From IMG/VR virus record IMGVR_UViG_3300042906_000857, positions 131,297 to 172,157 of that record: 40,861 bases of DNA. One strand, written 5' to 3'. The notes beneath the pieces are model-generated. The model did no database searches and was not told the origin of the DNA. It saw only the letters and a program-made list of their open reading frames with translations. Position numbers and translations under genes: made by a program. The stretch comes from a virus (lineage: Duplodnaviria > Heunggongvirae > Uroviricota > Caudoviricetes). Of this stretch, positions 1 through 9,069 are shown one piece after another; within the stretch, counting starts at the first letter, position 1, and every line of letters begins with the position of its first letter.

Positions 1-1531
1 TTAGTGGTGTTGTGCTTGGTGTAAAGTTGGCTGTGTAAACTGCTGTGCCTTTAACAATTCTCAGGTCATGTAAGTTGCCTGACAAATTCATGTTTGTTCT
101 GATATCGTGTCGACCTATACCAAAGCCACCATCACACAGTAAAGCTTGTCCTGCTGAGATTGCAGTATTTGATACCGATGTTCCGTTAATATAACACGTT
201 ACAGATGTTCCTTGACGAACATAAGCTACGTGTGTCCAAACACCTGCAGGTATTGTAACTGCAGGCGATATTGTAGCATTCAGTCTACTAAATGCAATTG
301 TTGAACCACTACTAAAAGAGATTTGCCAAGCATCAGTAGCAGAAGTCCAGTATGGTGATGTTAATATAGCAGAACACATTACACCAGCATTAGTGCCATT
401 CCCAATATTAAAAAAGTTAAATTCAATAGTAAAATCACCAGTACCAAAGCTGAGCGGACCAGTTGTTGCTGTATCTGTTATACTTAAATAACTACTACCA
501 TTAAAATAACCACTATATCTATCATTAAATGGTGTTAAGTTGGTTGCAGTTGGTGCCGCAACCGGTGTCACCGCAAAGTTGTTTGTACTTGAATCTGTTG
601 TATTGATAAAGGTATCACCAGATAATAATGCAGTTGTATTTTTGAAGTATGTGTCACCAGCAACACTCACTGTCCAATTTAATATCAGTGAAGAAGTTTT
701 GTTTGTTACAGATGAAGTTGCTGTAACTAAGCTATTAATTGTCTGTGCTGTCGTTGGTGTTCCTGTAATCGTGTTACCCGAAATACTTAGTCCTGCTGGC
801 AAAGAATTCGCAGAATACGTTATACTTTGACCAGAACCAGCATTCGCACTTAACGACAACAAAGTAGAAGCATCAACATACGCTTGCGTTGTTGTATTGT
901 TTGCAGGACTTATCCATGTAACAACATCGGTATTAATTGTTATACTGAAACTTCTGTCTGTATCTTGTTGTTGTCCATCAGTTGCACGAATAACAAAACT
1001 GTATGTGGTTGCACCATTACTTGCAGGAGCAGTTCCTGATATTAAACCTGTGTTGGCATTCAGTGTACTGCTTGTTGGTAATGTACCAGAAAACAAACTG
1101 TAAGTGACTGTTGCATCACCTGTGGCTGCCACATTTGAACTTATAGATGACGTTTCATATACTGAAGCCAAACTGCCGGCAGCAGTTGTCCATGTTGGTG
1201 TTCCACTGTATGAAATACCTGGAATACTAATTGCTGTACCACCATCAGTGTTGATAACATAAAGTGTATATGTTCCTGCCGAAAGTACTGGAGCCGTAAA
1301 TTCAATAGAAGTACTATTAACAACATTAACAACAGGCACATAGGCGCCGTTGATTAATATATTTGCACCAGCATTGAAACCTGTACCAGTGATTGTAATG
1401 GTTTGACCGCCAGCAATATCCGCAGCCGTGTCATTACCTGGATAAGTAATTGCTGAGATTTTAGGTACACTGCTACCAAGTGCAGCCAGTGTGCCCTCTT
1501 GGATATTATCTGATGATATTTTTATTGTCAT
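1..1531 (-). CDS. Partial (runs off left edge) virion adhesin-like protein: IPT/TIG-like + Ig-like + LamG/ConA-like domains
   Basis: Not in the ORF track because it has no stop in the window. Hand translation from ATG at 1531: MTIKISSDNIQEGTLAALGSSVPKISAITYPG...GGQTITITGTGF (TIG-like)...LPAGLSISGNTITGTP (Ig-like)...FGTGDFTIEF...WTHVAYVRQG...LRIVKGTAVYTANFTPSTTPL (LamG-like); open to the window edge. Confidence 0.85.
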   Translation of the reverse strand, partial: MTIKISSDNIQEGTLAALGSSVPKISAITYPGNDTAADIAGGQTITITGTGFNAGANILINGAYVPVVNVVNSTSIEFTAPVLSAGTYTLYVINTDGGTAISIPGISYSGTPTWTTAAGSLASVYETSSISSNVAATGDATVTYSLFSGTLPTSSTLNANTGLISGTAPASNGATTYSFVIRATDGQQQDTDRSFSITINTDVVTWISPANNTTTQAYVDASTLLSLSANAGSGQSITYSANSLPAGLSISGNTITGTPTTAQTINSLVTATSSVTNKTSSLILNWTVSVAGDTYFKNTTALLSGDTFINTTDSSTNNFAVTPVAAPTATNLTPFNDRYSGYFNGSSYLSITDTATTGPLSFGTGDFTIEFNFFNIGNGTNAGVMCSAILTSPYWTSATDAWQISFSSGSTIAFSRLNATISPAVTIPAGVWTHVAYVRQGTSVTCYINGTSVSNTAISAGQALLCDGGFGIGRHDIRTNMNLSGNLHDLRIVKGTAVYTANFTPSTTPL

Positions 1532-1559
1532 TTTTTATTTGTTGTCTGGCTTATTTGTA

Positions 1560-1566
1560 TATTTAG
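1560..1566 (-). promoter_or_regulatory. Possible T4-like late promoter variant (CTAAATA)
   Basis: Intergenic, about 30 nt upstream of ATG 1531; one mismatch to ATAAATA. Confidence 0.45.
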
Positions 1567-1590
1567 TGTGTGAAAAATATCAAGAGAAAC

Positions 1591-4500
1591 TTAAACATCA
1601 CCTGTATTGGTAGATGGGTATGATCGATTTGTACCCCAAATAATTCTTACTGCGCCGCCAGCGCCTTTGCCTCTTGTACCACCACCTAGGCTTTGGCCGC
1701 CGCCGCCGCCACCGCCATATAATCCACCATTAGAATATGCTGAACCGATGAATCCAGTTTGGCCACCTGAACCGCCGCCACCAGCAGTGTGCCCCCCTGC
1801 TCGGCTGGTTCCATCAGGATCTCTATCCTGTTGGCCGGCTGCGCCATTATTGCCTTGGCCATAAATTCCTACGCCGCCTCCGCCTGCGCCGTACCCAACG
1901 CCTATGTACTTGCCGCCACCGCCGCCTCCGCCGCCTCCGGATCCGGCGACACCGGTAAAGCTTGCTCGATATTGGGTTGTTTGAGGTTGCCACCCGCCAG
2001 TGCCGCCATTACCGGCATATCCACCAGCACCACCGCCGCCACCGCCTTCACCTTGTGCAGCATATCCTCCTTGGCCTCCATTGCCGCCACCATCACCCAA
2101 AAACGTACCGCCGGCGGAAAGAAAATCGCTAAAGCCGCCGTCACCTGCTGCTCCGCCGCCGCCGTAAACTGTACTCATATCTAAAAAATAACTATTGCCT
2201 CCAGCCGTAGGAGCAACACCGGCGCCGTTGCCTCCAGCTCCCACCACTACGGTAATCACTTGGCCTGGAGTCACACTAACGTTTTTCCATCCTAAACCGC
2301 CACCTGCACCGCCGCCCTGGTTGCCGGTGCTTTTGCCTCCGCCGCCGCCTCCAACGCAAACAACACTTACGCTAGTAACACCTTCATGTACAGTCCATGT
2401 ATATGTTCCGGGAGTAGTCCATTCAATTTGACCAGGATCCGTGTAATAATTAAATGATGTGTTGTAGTCAAAGAAATTTAAAAAGTTACCAGGTTGCCAA
2501 CTTGAAAAAGTCCAACCCAAATTATTTGAAACGTTAGTTGAATTTAAACCTGCATAAGCAGAAGCACCTTTAGCAAATGAATCTTGTATACTTAAATAAT
2601 CAGTGTTTATTACTCCAACAGTTTTAACCAAATTGAATCTGGTACCTGATATTGAACTGTTTATTGTTACTAAGTTACCTGCTGTTCCGGATAAACTAAA
2701 TGCGGATACAGTTGTTGTAGTTGCCGCAGTGAATGTAATCGTACAAGGTTGAACTGTGTCTGTTATATCACCAAATGTGTTTGAACCTGTGATAGTCAAT
2801 GCACCTGCACCACCTTGAGATAGTATAGGATAAGTTGCACTAGCGCCTACAAATGTTTTAGCACTTGCAGAAGTCATGCTTATTGTAATTCCTGAACAAG
2901 TCCATCCTGTTGCACTAGCATTTGACCAAGCCGTAGCGCCTGAACCTGTGATTGTAAATATAGAATTTGTACCAGTAATTGACCTTGTTAAACTTCCTGT
3001 AGAAGCAAAACTTCCACTGGTTAGATTGTACACATCCAATGCCAATGTTCCTAGTGTAGAAGTTGTGGCACCAGATATAATCAATGCACCAGCCAATGTT
3101 GCGGTGCCCGAACTATTAATAGTCAACGCAGCTAATGTTTTTCCATTAGGTGTAATTGTACCTGTACCACGCATAGTTGCGGTTATACCGGTATAAGTGC
3201 CACCAATATCCAATATTAAACTATTAAGATTTAATGATGTTACTGTTGTAAATCCACCGGTACATCCTGTGAAATCTAATATATTAAACCAACTACCTGA
3301 GGTTAACGTGGCTTGGTTTGCACCAGATATGAGAGATAGACTAGGTGCATTGGTTGATGTTCCACCTGTTGTACCAAATGTAAATGTTCTATTTTGTGCA
3401 GTATTCGAACTAAATTTTCCTGTGCCTGTCCAAGTAAAGTTGGTTGCATTGGCCATATCCAGCGCCGAGACAGTACCATTGCAAATAATTTGGCCTGTGC
3501 CAAATTGTATTTGTCTTACGTTGGCATTATTTGATACAAATGCGCCACCCGTTGTTAAATTAAAATTATTTAAATTTAATGTTCCGGATGTTAGTGTTGT
3601 TATTGCAGAAACTCCAAAGTTGTCAGCTAACGATACTATTTCTCCTGGATTATTAATCACAAAATTATTTAATGATGTATTTCCATTACTAGTAATTGTG
3701 CCTGTGCCTACTATATTCACACTTAGATTATTCCAACTAGTAGAATTCATTGTCAAAGCATTTAAGTTTACAGTTGATGCAGGTATATAAGGAGTTGCAG
3801 TGCCGCCGCTCCAATTCAATTTATTAAACCAAGAACCTGTTGTCAATATTACATAATCTGATGCACTTGATACTGTTAAATTTGGTGCGTTTGTTTTTGA
3901 TCCACCAGTTGTACCAAATGTAAATGTTTTAATACTATTTGCTGTGACACTAGAATTGGTAAAACCACCTGTACCAGTCCAAGTGAAGTTGGTTGCAGTG
4001 GCCATCGACAACATCACTACACCACCAGTGGTGGAAACCATATTAACATTACCGGTGCCAAATGCAATTGAACGCACATTAGTATTAGTTGATGCAAACG
4101 TATTTGTTCTTAGTGTAAAACCATTTAGTGTTAATGTACCCGAAGTCAATGTGGTTGCACCAGACGAATCAGCATTATCAATTAATGTTGTATTAACTGA
4201 GGCAATTGCTAAGGTTGCTATTTGTTTTGTGTTACTTGTAATAGAACCGGTTCCAACCATAGTTGGATTCAATGAACCATAAGTTCCTCCAGAAGCAAGT
4301 ATCAATGTAATAACGTTTGTTGTGGCAACAGGTGAACAGGTACTACCTGTAAAATCAAGTGTATTAAACCAACTACCACTTGTTATTGTTGGTGCTTGTG
4401 AACCAGAAATTAATTTTAAAGTTGGAGCATTGGTTATTGTACCACCGGTTGTACCAAAAGTAAATGTTCTGGTCAATGTCATGTTAGAAACAAAATAACC

Positions 4501-7500
4501 GGTTCCAGACTTTGTGAATCCGGTTGCATTTGCAAAACTCAATACTGTTGTGCCAGCCGTGGTGTGTGCTAATACAATATTGTTAGTTCCAAAAGCAATT
4601 GACCGAGCAGTCGTTGTTGTAGAACTGAATATACCTGGTGTTAAATCTCCAGTACCTAAAGTTAATATACCACCGTTCAGTGTATAAGTACTCGTACCAG
4701 ATAATGCCAAAACTTTATTTAAGGTTACATTACCTGCTGTTTGTGTAAAAGTATTTAATGTATTTAATGTAGCCGTTCCATTGTAAGTGAAAGAACCCGG
4801 TGCTGTTGGTGCATTTACTACGAAAGAAGTATTACAAACTATGTTACCCGCAGTAAAGTTAAACTCACCATTTTGCACAACACTAAAAGTAGCTGTATTA
4901 ATATTAATATTAGTTAAAGAATTTACTGGTGCTTGGGTGGAAAATGTTCCAGAACAAGTCAGAGTAAATGTATTACAATCAAGAATACCTAATACATGCG
5001 AACCTGCTGAACAAGTCACAGCGCTTAATAATGTTGTGGTTGTTGCACTAGAAGGATGTTGAATAGTTAAAACACCCACAGATTTACCATTGCCGGTTAT
5101 GTTGCCAGCATCACGCATAGTAACATTCAAACTTGTATATGTTCCACCACTTGCTAATATTAAATTGTTAACGTTAACAGTTGATGATGCTGGCGTAGAA
5201 GTACTGCCCGTAAAATTCAATGTATTAAACCAAGAACCGTTTGTAAAGGTGGGTATCGCTGCACCAGATGTAATCGAAAGATTAGGTGCATTAACGGCAG
5301 TACCACCGGCAGTAGAACCAAATGTAAATGTTCTAGTAACTGACATTGCAGCAGTAAAGCCACCAGTACCAGTCCAGGTGAATCCAGTAGCAGTTGCCAT
5401 ATTGATATTGACTGCACCGGCTGCAGTAGTTGACAATATGATATTGTTAGACCCAAAATTAATTGCACGAGTATTTGTACTGCCTGAATCAAATGTACCA
5501 ATGGTTAAATTATACCCGCCTAAATCTAATGTTCCGCTACTTAGATTACATAATGATGTTGCAATATAAGTTTGAGTACCATCTAGTGTCAATGTTCCGC
5601 CAGGTATATTTACTGAAAAACCAGCTAGTTGCTTGCTGAATTGAGCCGTCCAAGTTTGTGTTCTAGTAAATGACGGTGTTAAATTAGTATAAGTTCCGCC
5701 GGATGCCAATGTTAAAGTGCTAACTTGTACTATTGCGACTGCCGGGGTAGACGTAGTTCCTGTGAAGTTTAAATTGTTAAACCAACTATTAGTAGTTATT
5801 GTTATTATTGCTGCACCCGATGTAAAAGATAAATTAGGTGCATTAACGGTAGTACCACCAGTTGTACCAAATACAACTGTTCTTGGCACATCATAACCGG
5901 ATCCCGCTGAACCGTCATTAGTAAAACCACCTGTGCCGGTCCAAGTAAAGTTGGTAGCATTGGCCATACTAAGTATTGTTGTAGTTGATGTGGTTGTATT
6001 TAATATAATATTATTAGAACCAAATACAATTGAACGTGTGTTAGTATTCGTTGAACTGAATGTTCTTGCTTCAAAATCAAAACCACCCAAATTCAATGTG
6101 CCGGATGTTAGTGTGGTAACCGAACCCATAATTAAATTCTGTGTGCCGCCTAATGTAACTGTCGCATTATTGGTAACACCAAACCCACCTAATTGTTTAC
6201 TGAACTGTGGTGTCCAAGTCTGTGTAGTATTAAATTGTGGTGCAAAACCTACTGTGTTATATATTCCACCAGTTGCTAATACTAGTGTATTAACGTTGAA
6301 TAAAGTTCCTGCTGGCGCACAAGTACTGCCTGTAAAATCTAATATATTGAAATAACTTCCGGCTGTCAGAGTCGGAACAGATGCACCACTTGTTATGAAC
6401 AAATTGGTTGCGGTTGTGGAAGAACCACCAGTTGAAGTTCCAATTTGAAATGTTCTAGTCACTGACATTATACTAGTGAAACCACCTGTACCAGTCCAAG
6501 AATAACCAGTGAGTGTTGCCATTGACAAAACAGTTTGTCCTGCTGTCGTATGCGCTAACGAAATGAAACCTGTACCAAACACAATATTCCGAGTGGAAGT
6601 AGAATTGGATGCAAATATACCTGTTGTTAAAGTATTGTTACCTAAATCTAATGTACCAGCAGTGTGTGTATAGGTACCTGTAGCCGTCAATGCATAATTT
6701 TTACCTAACGTTACTGTACCTGCTGTTTGTGTAAACGTTGGTACAGCAGACAACACAGCCGGACTATTATATGTAAAAGAACCGGTAGCTGAATTTACAA
6801 AACTTGTTGATGGTGTTATTGTTCCGTTATTGAAAGAGAAAGCACCATTGTTTGTAAACGTTGTACAAGTTATTGTTCCTACATTACTCAATGTGCCAGC
6901 CGTAAATGCCGCTGTACTTGAACAAGTTAAATTGAATGTTGCAAAATCAATGGTACCACTTGTTTGTGTATATGTTGTACATGCCAATGCACCAGCCAAT
7001 GTCACAGTATTCAACACAGTTATATTACTAAATGCTGCAATAGTTTTACCATTAGGTGTAATGGTGCCAGGTCCCGTATCAAAATCACGGCACTGAACAG
7101 ACAAACTTGTGTATGTTCCACCAGATGCCAATATTAAACTACCTACGTTTACAGCAACCGCTGCTGGTATACAAGTACTGCCTGTAAAATCTAGTGTGCT
7201 GAATCCTGAACCGGCAGAAAATGTAGGTATCGATGCTCCAGCATTTATGAATAATCTTGGATTATTGCCTTGAAATCCACAATTGAATGTTCTTGTCACC
7301 GACATATTGGCAGCAAAGCCGCCTGTACCAGTGAATGTGAAATTATTAGTTACTGCCATGGACAATACTGTTGTGCCGGCCGTGGTGCTTGCTAATATAA
7401 TATTATTAGAACCAAATGCAACCGAACGAACACCACCACCAGTTGAACTGAATATACCCGTAGTTAAATTGAAACCACCTAAATTTAATGCACCAGCAGT

Positions 7501-8820
7501 TAATGTATAAGTTCCTGTAACAGTACTTGGCAAAGTTGCATTAGCCGCTAATGTAACTGTACCGTTAGTTTGTGTGAATGACGGTGTGGTTAGTGTACCA
7601 GCAGTATATGTAAATGATGCCGTTGCAGAATTGATTATAAATCCACCAGATGCAGTAATAGTACCTGATGTAAAATTCATTGCGGCCGAAGCACTCACAG
7701 TAAATGTAGTACATGAAATTGCACCAACACCAAAAGTAATAAATCCACCAGCGTGACTAAATGCACCAGAACACGTTAACGTCTGCCCGTTTACTGCGAA
7801 TGTTCCTGTATTAGTAGACAACAAAGAACACGTTGTTACAGCTAAATTATTTGATAGTGTTACTGTACCGGAAGTATTAATGTTTAATGCGCTTATAGTT
7901 TTAGCAGCAGCATTAACAACATTTCCTGTACCAATCATGTTTGCAACAAGACCTGCTGGGTTACCGCCACCCGCAGTTATTGTCAATGTGCCGTATACGT
8001 TTACAGTATAACTTGGTGAACCTCCTATGGAACCATAATTGAGATTATTCCATGAACCATTTGCAGACATGGTTGGATTTTGTACACCTGCGCCAACGAA
8101 AGTTAAGTTTGGTGCGTTAGATGATGTTACACCTGTTGTTGGTGCGTTAATTGTGATTGAGAAACCATTATCGGTTACAAAGGCACCTGTACCGGTCCAA
8201 GAAAATCCTGTAAGGTTTGTCAGGTTTAATACAGTAGTTCCGTTTTGTACTGATGGTTGTGCATTAATATTACCTGAACCAAACGCAATAGAACGAGTAT
8301 TTGTATTACTAGAAGAAAAACTATTTGTACTCCACGAAAAACCACCAAGGTCAAGTGCGCCGTTAGTTAGTGTGGTGGAATAATTTGATGCATTAACAGT
8401 GTCTCTCATGTTGTAACTACTGAGTAGTGTCCAACCTCCACCAACACCATTGAATACAACATTACTTTCAACCCACAAACTGTTAGTGTTTATGGTATTT
8501 CCCGTGGTAGTTGCGAGAAAGTTAATGGTTGCTCTATTTTGCCAAGTTGCGCTAGCACCAATTGTAGAGAAACTTCCATACACATTGAGTACTACATTAG
8601 AAGCACCTTGTACGTAAGGTGCACCGGCAGACATGTTGAGGTCCAAACAATTGATTGTTCCTGCCATGTTGACAAAATAACTGCCTGCTTGGTCAAAGAA
8701 AACGGAGTCTGCTGACGTAGGTACACTTGCACCACCGGCACCACCGCTTGTTGTTGACCAGTTGGTGGTGGTTGTAGCATCCCATGTACCAGTACCACCA
8801 CGCCAATACCTATTAGCCAT
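1591..8820 (-). CDS. Giant 2409-aa T/G/S/N-rich repeat protein (probable beta-solenoid fibre/adhesin) with C-terminal glycine-rich domain
   Basis: Long ORF; about 9 degenerate repeats containing TLTxGxLxL..FSSTxxxxRSIxFG...TGTGGF...WFNxLxFTG...LASGGTY; C-terminal VSVVCVGGGGGG...GAGGAVRIIWG. Confidence 0.8.
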   Translation of the reverse strand: MANRYWRGGTGTWDATTTTNWSTTSGGAGGASVPTSADSVFFDQAGSYFVNMAGTINCLDLNMSAGAPYVQGASNVVLNVYGSFSTIGASATWQNRATINFLATTTGNTINTNSLWVESNVVFNGVGGGWTLLSSYNMRDTVNASNYSTTLTNGALDLGGFSWSTNSFSSSNTNTRSIAFGSGNINAQPSVQNGTTVLNLTNLTGFSWTGTGAFVTDNGFSITINAPTTGVTSSNAPNLTFVGAGVQNPTMSANGSWNNLNYGSIGGSPSYTVNVYGTLTITAGGGNPAGLVANMIGTGNVVNAAAKTISALNINTSGTVTLSNNLAVTTCSLLSTNTGTFAVNGQTLTCSGAFSHAGGFITFGVGAISCTTFTVSASAAMNFTSGTITASGGFIINSATASFTYTAGTLTTPSFTQTNGTVTLAANATLPSTVTGTYTLTAGALNLGGFNLTTGIFSSTGGGVRSVAFGSNNIILASTTAGTTVLSMAVTNNFTFTGTGGFAANMSVTRTFNCGFQGNNPRLFINAGASIPTFSAGSGFSTLDFTGSTCIPAAVAVNVGSLILASGGTYTSLSVQCRDFDTGPGTITPNGKTIAAFSNITVLNTVTLAGALACTTYTQTSGTIDFATFNLTCSSTAAFTAGTLSNVGTITCTTFTNNGAFSFNNGTITPSTSFVNSATGSFTYNSPAVLSAVPTFTQTAGTVTLGKNYALTATGTYTHTAGTLDLGNNTLTTGIFASNSTSTRNIVFGTGFISLAHTTAGQTVLSMATLTGYSWTGTGGFTSIMSVTRTFQIGTSTGGSSTTATNLFITSGASVPTLTAGSYFNILDFTGSTCAPAGTLFNVNTLVLATGGIYNTVGFAPQFNTTQTWTPQFSKQLGGFGVTNNATVTLGGTQNLIMGSVTTLTSGTLNLGGFDFEARTFSSTNTNTRSIVFGSNNIILNTTTSTTTILSMANATNFTWTGTGGFTNDGSAGSGYDVPRTVVFGTTGGTTVNAPNLSFTSGAAIITITTNSWFNNLNFTGTTSTPAVAIVQVSTLTLASGGTYTNLTPSFTRTQTWTAQFSKQLAGFSVNIPGGTLTLDGTQTYIATSLCNLSSGTLDLGGYNLTIGTFDSGSTNTRAINFGSNNIILSTTAAGAVNINMATATGFTWTGTGGFTAAMSVTRTFTFGSTAGGTAVNAPNLSITSGAAIPTFTNGSWFNTLNFTGSTSTPASSTVNVNNLILASGGTYTSLNVTMRDAGNITGNGKSVGVLTIQHPSSATTTTLLSAVTCSAGSHVLGILDCNTFTLTCSGTFSTQAPVNSLTNININTATFSVVQNGEFNFTAGNIVCNTSFVVNAPTAPGSFTYNGTATLNTLNTFTQTAGNVTLNKVLALSGTSTYTLNGGILTLGTGDLTPGIFSSTTTTARSIAFGTNNIVLAHTTAGTTVLSFANATGFTKSGTGYFVSNMTLTRTFTFGTTGGTITNAPTLKLISGSQAPTITSGSWFNTLDFTGSTCSPVATTNVITLILASGGTYGSLNPTMVGTGSITSNTKQIATLAIASVNTTLIDNADSSGATTLTSGTLTLNGFTLRTNTFASTNTNVRSIAFGTGNVNMVSTTGGVVMLSMATATNFTWTGTGGFTNSSVTANSIKTFTFGTTGGSKTNAPNLTVSSASDYVILTTGSWFNKLNWSGGTATPYIPASTVNLNALTMNSTSWNNLSVNIVGTGTITSNGNTSLNNFVINNPGEIVSLADNFGVSAITTLTSGTLNLNNFNLTTGGAFVSNNANVRQIQFGTGQIICNGTVSALDMANATNFTWTGTGKFSSNTAQNRTFTFGTTGGTSTNAPSLSLISGANQATLTSGSWFNILDFTGCTGGFTTVTSLNLNSLILDIGGTYTGITATMRGTGTITPNGKTLAALTINSSGTATLAGALIISGATTSTLGTLALDVYNLTSGSFASTGSLTRSITGTNSIFTITGSGATAWSNASATGWTCSGITISMTSASAKTFVGASATYPILSQGGAGALTITGSNTFGDITDTVQPCTITFTAATTTTVSAFSLSGTAGNLVTINSSISGTRFNLVKTVGVINTDYLSIQDSFAKGASAYAGLNSTNVSNNLGWTFSSWQPGNFLNFFDYNTSFNYYTDPGQIEWTTPGTYTWTVHEGVTSVSVVCVGGGGGGKSTGNQGGGAGGGLGWKNVSVTPGQVITVVVGAGGNGAGVAPTAGGNSYFLDMSTVYGGGGAAGDGGFSDFLSAGGTFLGDGGGNGGQGGYAAQGEGGGGGGAGGYAGNGGTGGWQPQTTQYRASFTGVAGSGGGGGGGGGKYIGVGYGAGGGGVGIYGQGNNGAAGQQDRDPDGTSRAGGHTAGGGGSGGQTGFIGSAYSNGGLYGGGGGGGQSLGGGTRGKGAGGAVRIIWGTNRSYPSTNTGDV

Positions 8821-8823
8821 TCA

Positions 8824-9048
8824 TTATTCCTCTACGATTTCTGTGGGAACTTCCTCTGTAGGCATTGCGCTGATAACAGCTAACCAGTTGTCATATCTTT
8901 CTTGTTGCATTGTTGATATTTGTTCTGGTGTAGTTGCATCGTATTCTTCCTGAGTGAACCATAGTGCATCTCTGTACACGGATGTTCCATCGGTCTTTTC
9001 GTAGATTACTTGAACTTTTCCATCAACTTGATTAATAATATCTTCCAT
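8824..9048 (-). CDS. Small acidic hypothetical protein (74 aa), possible fibre partner/chaperone
   Basis: ORF ends 3 nt before the giant gene start; same strand as all neighbours. Confidence 0.7.
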   Translation of the reverse strand: MEDIINQVDGKVQVIYEKTDGTSVYRDALWFTQEEYDATTPEQISTMQQERYDNWLAVISAMPTEEVPTEIVEE

Positions 9049-9069
9049 ATTTTTCTTCCATTAAAACTG

